Shown piece by piece: positions 35,387 to 40,189 of a stretch of DNA of 40,189 nucleotides. The position numbers were made by a program, and so were the translations under genes. The stretch is from an uncultured Deferribacteres bacterium (GTDB lineage Bacteria > Zhuqueibacterota > Zhuqueibacteria > Zhuqueibacterales > Geothermadaptataceae), in contig CAXHAT010000058.1 of assembly GCA_964014485.1 (NCBI GenBank), positions 1 to 40,189 on the forward strand, in the 5' to 3' direction. The notes under the pieces are model-generated. The model did no database searches, was not told the origin of the DNA, and saw only the letters and a list, made by a program, of their open reading frames with translations. Within the stretch, counting starts at the first letter, position 1; each line of letters starts with the position of its first letter.

Positions 35387-38300
35387 ATGTTACGTTGGAT
35401 TGTAGGATCGAGCCTGAAGTTCAGGTATCTCGTCCTTGCCGGTGCGCTCGGATTGATGTACTTCGGCGTCAGGCAGCTTGAAAAAATGCCCGTGGACGTC
35501 TTTCCCGAATTCGCCCCGCCGATGGTGGAGATTCAGACGATCAGCCTCGGGCTTTCTCCGGAAGAAGTCGAATCACTGGTTACCGTACCGCTGGAGCATG
35601 TGCTGGCCGGAATCCCCGGCATGACCGTCATGCGCTCCCGGTCGGTTCCGCAGTTGTCAGCAATCAAAATGTATTTCGAGCGTGACACCGATTTGATGCT
35701 GGCGCGGCAGTTGGTGAACGAGCGCCTGGCAACCGTCACCCCGACGTTACCGCCTTGGGCCAGCCCGCCGATTCTTCTGCCGCCGCTGTCGGCGACAAGC
35801 CGGATGATAAAAATCGGTATTTCGTCGAAAGAGCGATCCGTCATCGATTTGTCGATGATCACCTACTGGACGATTCAGCAGCGTATCAAGCGCGTCCCCG
35901 GCGTGGCCAACGTCGCCATCTGGGGCGAACGCATTGAAATGTTGCAAGTGAACGTTGTCCCGGACAAAATGAAAGAGCACAAGGTGACGCTGGATGAAGT
36001 CATGGATGCGACGGCCGACGCTCTCGACGTCGGCTTGTTCCGCTGGTCAGACGGGCACTACGTCGGCTCCGGCGGTTGGGTGGATACCCCGAACCAGCGG
36101 TTGCAAGTCCGCCATATCCTGCCTATGGCCAAGGATTATGAAAACGTCACGGCGGACGAGCTGGGCAATGTGCCGCTTGCGATCAGGAATGGCCGGCAGC
36201 TCTATCTCAAGGACGTCGCCGAAGTCGTGATCGGCCACCAGCCGTTGATTGGCGACGGCATCATCAACGACGACGTCGGCCTGTTGCTCATTGTGGAAAA
36301 ATTCCCCTGGGGCAACACCCTGCAGGTGACCAAGGGCGTTGAAGAAGCCATGGCAGCGGTAAAACCCGGGCTGCCCCCGGATATCGAGATCGACACGGCC
36401 ATCTTCAGGCCCGCCACATTCATCGAGACGGCCATAAGCAACCTCAACACCGCGCTGCTCATCTCCGCGGTTCTGGTGATTATGGTGCTGTTTGCCTTTC
36501 TCTATGAGTGGCGCACGGCGCTGATCAGTTGCACGGCGATTCCCCTGTCGCTCATGACCGCTATGATTGTGCTTTATCTGCAAGGTGCAATCATCAACAC
36601 GATGATTTTAGCAGGGCTTATCATCGCCCTGGGAGCGGTGGTCGACGACGCCATCGTCGACGTTGAAAACATCGTGCGCCGCCTGCGCCAATTTCGCAAG
36701 GAAGGCAAAAAGATTTCACTTGGCAGAACGATACTGATGGCGTCGATAGAGGTGCGCCACGCCATCATCTTCTCAACGTTGATCGAGATTGCGGCTTTGT
36801 TGCCGGTCTTTTTTATGGAAGGTCTGTCCGGCGCCTTTTTCAAGCCGCTTGCCATGGCCTTTTCGATTGCAATTGTCGCCTCCACGCTTGTGGCGTTGAC
36901 CGTTACGCCGGCGATGGCCTTTCTGTTGTTTCGCAATGCGCCGTTGGAGAAGCGCGAGTCCCCGCTCACGCGTCGGCTGCATAGTGGATACAACAAGCTG
37001 CTCGCCAAAATTGTCGATAAGCCGCGCACCGCTTATGCTACTGTCGCCGTCGTTGTGTTGGCCGGCGTCTTGATCTGGCCGCGGCTGGGACAGTCTCTGC
37101 TGCCGGACTTCAAGGAAAGGGATTTCCTGATGCACTGGCTGACCAAACCCGCCACCTCCTTGCAGGAGATGCGGCGGAGCACTATCGACAGCGGCAAGGA
37201 ACTGCTCGCTCTCCCCGGCATTCTCAATTTCGGCGACCACATCGGCCAGGCGCTGATCATGGATGAAGTCGTCGGAATATACTTTGCCGAGCACTGGGTC
37301 AGCGTCGATCCCGCGGTGGATTATGACGAGGCCCTGGCCAGTATCCAGGAAGTGGTCGACGGCTATCCTGGAATTTATCGCGATGTTCAGACCTATCTCA
37401 AAGAGCGCATACGCGAAGTGCTGACCGGCACCTCGGAGGCCATCGTGGTGCGCATCTTTGGCAGCGAGTTGGAAATGCTGGAGGAAAAAGCGCATGACGT
37501 CAAGGACGCGCTCGAAAACATACCAGGCATTATCGACTTGCACATTTCGTTTCAGGAACAGATTCCGCATATCGAAGTTAAGGTCGACCTCGAGAAGGCG
37601 CAAAAATACGGTCTCAAACCTGGTGACATTCGCCGGACCGCGACGACAATGATCGCCGGAGAGGAAGCTGGTGATATTCATGTTGCCAACCGCACTTACG
37701 ACGTCAACGTCTGGAGCATCCCGGCGGCGCGCAACAGCCTGACCGACGTCAAGGAAATGTTGATCGACGTGCCCGGCGGCGGCCATGTGCAATTACAGGA
37801 CGTGGCCAGCGTTGAAGTTAAACCGACGCCCAATGTCGTGTATCGCGAACATCTCAAGCGGCGCATGGACGTCGGCGGCAATGTGCGCGGGCGCGATCTT
37901 GGCGAAGTCTATCGTGACGTCGAGGCTGCGCTGGCGACTGTAGATTTTCCACAGGAATACTACCCGGTGCTGCTGGGAGAGTACACGGAGAGACAGGCTG
38001 CGCAAGATAAAATGCTCATCTTTGCCGTCATTGCCGCGATCGCCATTTTCCTGCTCTTGTACACATCATTCAAGAGCGGGCGTCTGGCAACAATTTCCTT
38101 TGTCCTCTTGCCCTCGGCCCTGGTTGGCGGCGTGATCGCGGCGTGGATGGGCGACGGGGTCATCTCGCTCGGCTCGATGGTGGGCTTTCTCACCGTGCTG
38201 GGGATTTCCGCACGCAACGGCATTTTGATGATCAACCACTTTCAACAACTCGAAGATCAGGAAGGCATGAGATTTGGGCCTGAGCTGGTGCTTCGTGGTG

Positions 38301-38554
38301 CGAAAGAACGATTGGCGCCTATCTTGATGACGGCGACGACAACTGGCCTGGCTTTGATTCCGCTTGTTGTCGCCGGTCAGATTCCCGGTAACGAGATTGA
38401 GCATCCGATGGCGGTTGTGATTCTCGGCGGATTGATTACTTCAACGCTGATCAACCTGTTCGTCGTCCCCTCGCTCTACCTGAAATTCGGCGAACGCAAG
38501 GCTCCGGATCCCGCGTTTCAACTACAATTCGCCACAAGCGTTTTTAGTAAATAG
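35387..38554 (+). CDS. RND permease subunit 2, CusA/CzcA-like
   Basis: Start MLRWIV at 35387 (the ORF-track extension is repeat-derived); MPVDVFPEF, GLSPEEVESLVTVPLE, VVDDAIVDVEN, GISARNGI, ERLAPILMTA, PMAVVILGGL. Confidence 0.95.
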   Translation: MLRWIVGSSLKFRYLVLAGALGLMYFGVRQLEKMPVDVFPEFAPPMVEIQTISLGLSPEEVESLVTVPLEHVLAGIPGMTVMRSRSVPQLSAIKMYFERDTDLMLARQLVNERLATVTPTLPPWASPPILLPPLSATSRMIKIGISSKERSVIDLSMITYWTIQQRIKRVPGVANVAIWGERIEMLQVNVVPDKMKEHKVTLDEVMDATADALDVGLFRWSDGHYVGSGGWVDTPNQRLQVRHILPMAKDYENVTADELGNVPLAIRNGRQLYLKDVAEVVIGHQPLIGDGIINDDVGLLLIVEKFPWGNTLQVTKGVEEAMAAVKPGLPPDIEIDTAIFRPATFIETAISNLNTALLISAVLVIMVLFAFLYEWRTALISCTAIPLSLMTAMIVLYLQGAIINTMILAGLIIALGAVVDDAIVDVENIVRRLRQFRKEGKKISLGRTILMASIEVRHAIIFSTLIEIAALLPVFFMEGLSGAFFKPLAMAFSIAIVASTLVALTVTPAMAFLLFRNAPLEKRESPLTRRLHSGYNKLLAKIVDKPRTAYATVAVVVLAGVLIWPRLGQSLLPDFKERDFLMHWLTKPATSLQEMRRSTIDSGKELLALPGILNFGDHIGQALIMDEVVGIYFAEHWVSVDPAVDYDEALASIQEVVDGYPGIYRDVQTYLKERIREVLTGTSEAIVVRIFGSELEMLEEKAHDVKDALENIPGIIDLHISFQEQIPHIEVKVDLEKAQKYGLKPGDIRRTATTMIAGEEAGDIHVANRTYDVNVWSIPAARNSLTDVKEMLIDVPGGGHVQLQDVASVEVKPTPNVVYREHLKRRMDVGGNVRGRDLGEVYRDVEAALATVDFPQEYYPVLLGEYTERQAAQDKMLIFAVIAAIAIFLLLYTSFKSGRLATISFVLLPSALVGGVIAAWMGDGVISLGSMVGFLTVLGISARNGILMINHFQQLEDQEGMRFGPELVLRGAKERLAPILMTATTTGLALIPLVVAGQIPGNEIEHPMAVVILGGLITSTLINLFVVPSLYLKFGERKAPDPAFQLQFATSVFSK

Positions 38555-38643
38555 AAGTGACAAAGGGGCAAAGGCACAAAGTTTTTCTACGAATACTGCA
38601 TCAAAACACTCTGTGCCTTTGATCCTTTGCGCCTTTGCCCCTT
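38555..38643. repeat. Third, gene-less copy of the inverted octamer array
   Basis: AAGTGACA AAGGGGCA AAGGCACA AAG ... CTCTGTGC CTTTGATC CTTTGCGC CTTTGCCC CTT. Confidence 0.88.
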
Positions 38644-38669
38644 CCCAAAATTTCCTTCCTCCCCCATTC

Positions 38670-38741
38670 AATGTTCCGACCGGTGCGGGCGGCCCAGAGA
38701 AACAGCCAGTTTCTCTTGATCGTCCCGCCGGACGGGGCATT
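38670..38741 (+). other. Long imperfect RNA hairpin before the porin gene
   Basis: AATGTTCCG/CGGGGCATT, CCGG/CCGG, GGGCGG/TCGTCC, AGAGAAAC/GTTTCTCT; G-U pairs favour the plus strand. Confidence 0.55.
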
Positions 38742-38772
38742 TGTTCTACACAAATCAGCGAGAGAATGAATC

Positions 38773-39930
38773 ATGAAAGATAGTGACGAAGCTTTTCGAT
38801 CATTCCGCATCCGAGGAATGAAGCGCATTATCCTCGCCTTCCTGAGCACAGCATCGTTTTTCATAATGACCAATCAAGTTATGGCGCAGATCGACTCTGG
38901 CCTGAAGTTCAAAGGCGATTTTCGTTTACGCTACGAGAACACCAATAATATCCAATTCGTGACGAGCCGAAGCGACGTAAACAACAACCGTCACCGCGAA
39001 GTCGTGCGTTTTCGAGCAAGTATGACAAAGCAGATGAGCGAATATTTGACGTTTGGAACACGGCTGGCTTCAGGTTCGCGCGAAGACCCGAACACGGCGG
39101 ACGTTACCTTGGGGCAATTCGTTGATGATATTCAGATTGGGCTGGATCAGGCTTTTCTCAGCTATAAAAAAGACGGTCTTTTTTTCACCGGCGGCAAGTT
39201 TTCAAATCCGTTTATGAAAACCGATCTTGTTTGGGACGGCGACGTCAATCCGCAAGGCGTGACCGCGGGCTACGCTTCGACCGGCTCCGGAAATGCTTCC
39301 GCAAAAATCACAGGCATCTATTCCATCGTCGATGAACGGACGCTCGTCTCCGACAGCTACATGACCGGCGGCCAGATTCAGCTCGGCGTTAAAGCAGGCG
39401 AGAACGCCAGCCTGACTTTTGCAGGCGCATACTACGATTACACGATAAAAAGCCTGAGTAACGCCGACGCCGGCGATACGCGCAGCAATTTTCTCAACGC
39501 AGACGAAACGGGCTACCTTTCCGACTTCGATTTGCTTGATTTCATCGTCTCCCTTGAGTACCGAGGAGCAGGCGAGAAAACCCCGATTCGTTTTGTGGGC
39601 GATTTCGTCAAAAATCGCGGCGCCGTCAATGATGAAGATTCCGGCATTATGCTGGACTTGTTTGTCGGTCGCGCCTCGCAAAAGAAAGACGTGCGTGTGC
39701 GCTATGGTTATTCTCAAACAGACACGGACGCGGTCTTCGCCGCCTTCTCCAACGACAACACCACTATCGCGACCAATTACCAACAGCACACGGTGACTTG
39801 TGAATACGTTGCGTTAGAGAACACAATTTTCAATCTGACCTGGTACATCCATCGCCGCAACAAGGTTCCGGAAGGCGTAGACAACGAATTCATTTCCCGC
39901 CTGCGCTTGAACGCCGTCGTGAAATTTTAG
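38773..39930 (+). CDS. Putative outer-membrane porin (Porin_5-like)
   Basis: LKFKGDFRLRYE, RLASG..DPNT..TLG, LDQAF, GGKFSNPF..TDLVWDGDVNPQG, TNYQQH, C-terminal VVKF; alternative start at 38818. Confidence 0.85.
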   Translation: MKDSDEAFRSFRIRGMKRIILAFLSTASFFIMTNQVMAQIDSGLKFKGDFRLRYENTNNIQFVTSRSDVNNNRHREVVRFRASMTKQMSEYLTFGTRLASGSREDPNTADVTLGQFVDDIQIGLDQAFLSYKKDGLFFTGGKFSNPFMKTDLVWDGDVNPQGVTAGYASTGSGNASAKITGIYSIVDERTLVSDSYMTGGQIQLGVKAGENASLTFAGAYYDYTIKSLSNADAGDTRSNFLNADETGYLSDFDLLDFIVSLEYRGAGEKTPIRFVGDFVKNRGAVNDEDSGIMLDLFVGRASQKKDVRVRYGYSQTDTDAVFAAFSNDNTTIATNYQQHTVTCEYVALENTIFNLTWYIHRRNKVPEGVDNEFISRLRLNAVVKF

Positions 39931-39942
39931 GAGGAGAAAATA

Positions 39943-40189
39943 TTGTTAAAAATACGCCTGTTCGTATGGCTTTTGTTGATTGCAAGCTTTTACGGTTGCA
40001 TTCAAGAAAAAGAGCCGCAGCCGCAGAATGTCGTGGAAAGCGCCGATCAGAACGATGAGCAACAAGCCGAGCAAAAAATGTCGTCATCCAGCATCGCCAC
40101 AATGCAGGATGACGGTTCGATTCGTCTCGTGGTCAGAACAACCGGCAAGTCCGGTCTTTCGGCGGACGTTGTTATCACCTATAAGCCGG
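39943..40189 (+). CDS. Lipoprotein of unknown function (partial, runs off window)
   Basis: TTG after AGGAGGAG; MLKIRLFVWLLLIASFYG-C IQEKEPQ...IATMQDDGSIRLVVRT...; open to the window end. Confidence 0.7.
   Translation, partial: MLKIRLFVWLLLIASFYGCIQEKEPQPQNVVESADQNDEQQAEQKMSSSSIATMQDDGSIRLVVRTTGKSGLSADVVITYKP

Noticed and set aside
34762..38643. CRISPR array
   Set aside because: Units are 7-8 nt degenerate tandems without unique spacers; no cas genes.

Overview
Bacterial genomic DNA from a diderm with FlgD/T9SS-type C-terminal sorting domains, hybrid two-component systems (HTCS) and sigma54 regulation; an FCB-group lineage such as KSB1 or Calditrichota is my inference. The left half (1-22.5 kb) holds secreted modular proteins and lipoproteins plus two HTCS. 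These include two paralogues with a shared C-terminal module, one of them missing from the ORF track, and two lipoproteins sharing a tandem unnamed domain. The right half (23-40 kb) holds a degenerate and an intact sigma54 enhancer-binding protein, two sigma54-like promoters each preceded by a TCATAAA-N-TTTATGA palindrome, and an operon: DUF5916-type outer-membrane protein, secreted protein, CusA/CzcA-like RND, His-rich mini-adaptor lipoprotein, second RND, porin, lipoprotein. The most striking feature is a dense repeat landscape. (i) Inverted arrays of 7- and 8-nt tandem units bracket an antisense four-helix-bundle gene inside the RND operon, occur as gene-less copies, and sit in frame at the same HATPase loop of both kinases. 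(ii) Several MITE-like elements with terminal inverted repeats and target duplications carry REP-like palindromes as cargo. No rRNA, tRNA, CRISPR array or transposase was seen. All domain calls are by-eye motif recognition, not database searches.
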